IMG/VR virus record: IMGVR_UViG_2974767555_000001
Span: 1 to 64,000 of that record
Source of the DNA: a virus
Lineage: Duplodnaviria > Caudoviricetes
Strand: one strand, 5' to 3'
DNA: 64,000 nucleotides
The notes below the pieces were generated by a model. It was not told the origin of the DNA. It saw only the letters and a program-made list of their open reading frames with translations, and did not search any database. The translations under genes and the position numbers were made by a program. This document shows, piece after piece, positions 63,975 to 64,000 of this stretch (positions are counted from its first letter, which is position 1; the number at the start of each line of letters is the position of its first letter).

Positions 63975-64000
63975 TCGCCAGCCAGCAACCCCCGCCCAGC

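Larger units (their letters stand above)
1..64000. other. Temperate siphovirus genome (actinobacteriophage, probably mycobacteriophage), nearly complete
   Basis: Terminase-portal-protease-capsid-tail-tape measure-lysis synteny, lysin B, tyrosine integrase with attP, MPME element; no host housekeeping genes seen. Confidence 0.93.

Overview
This window looks like a near-complete temperate siphovirus genome of an actinobacteriophage, most likely a mycobacteriophage (high GC, lysin B, an MPME element, attP matching an actinobacterial tRNA-Arg 3' end). Order from left to right: a translationally coupled 7-deazaguanine DNA-modification operon (ParB-like, TGT/DpdA-like, a Cys-less QueD paralogue, QueD, QueE, FolE; no QueC seen) running into the terminase genes; HK97-type head genes; tail genes with a -1 frameshifted chaperone; lysis cassette; two tRNAs; a 33-39 kb accessory region of small genes; a leftward tyrosine integrase and repressor with attP inside the repressor gene; and a rightward arm of recombination, replication and small genes. 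The main candidates for novelty are: (1) a QueC-less deazaguanine pathway with an extra QueD-like protein, predicting dCDG or decarboxylated dDG in DNA; (2) a repeated promoter-operator-stem-loop-RBS cassette (8 copies, with compensatory stem changes) driving the accessory genes; (3) an integrase read through in frame into an exported DUF732-like protein, burying its expected C-terminal degron; (4) no recognisable cro in the lysis/lysogeny switch. All family assignments come from motif recognition by eye; no database searches were run, and many start codons are best guesses.
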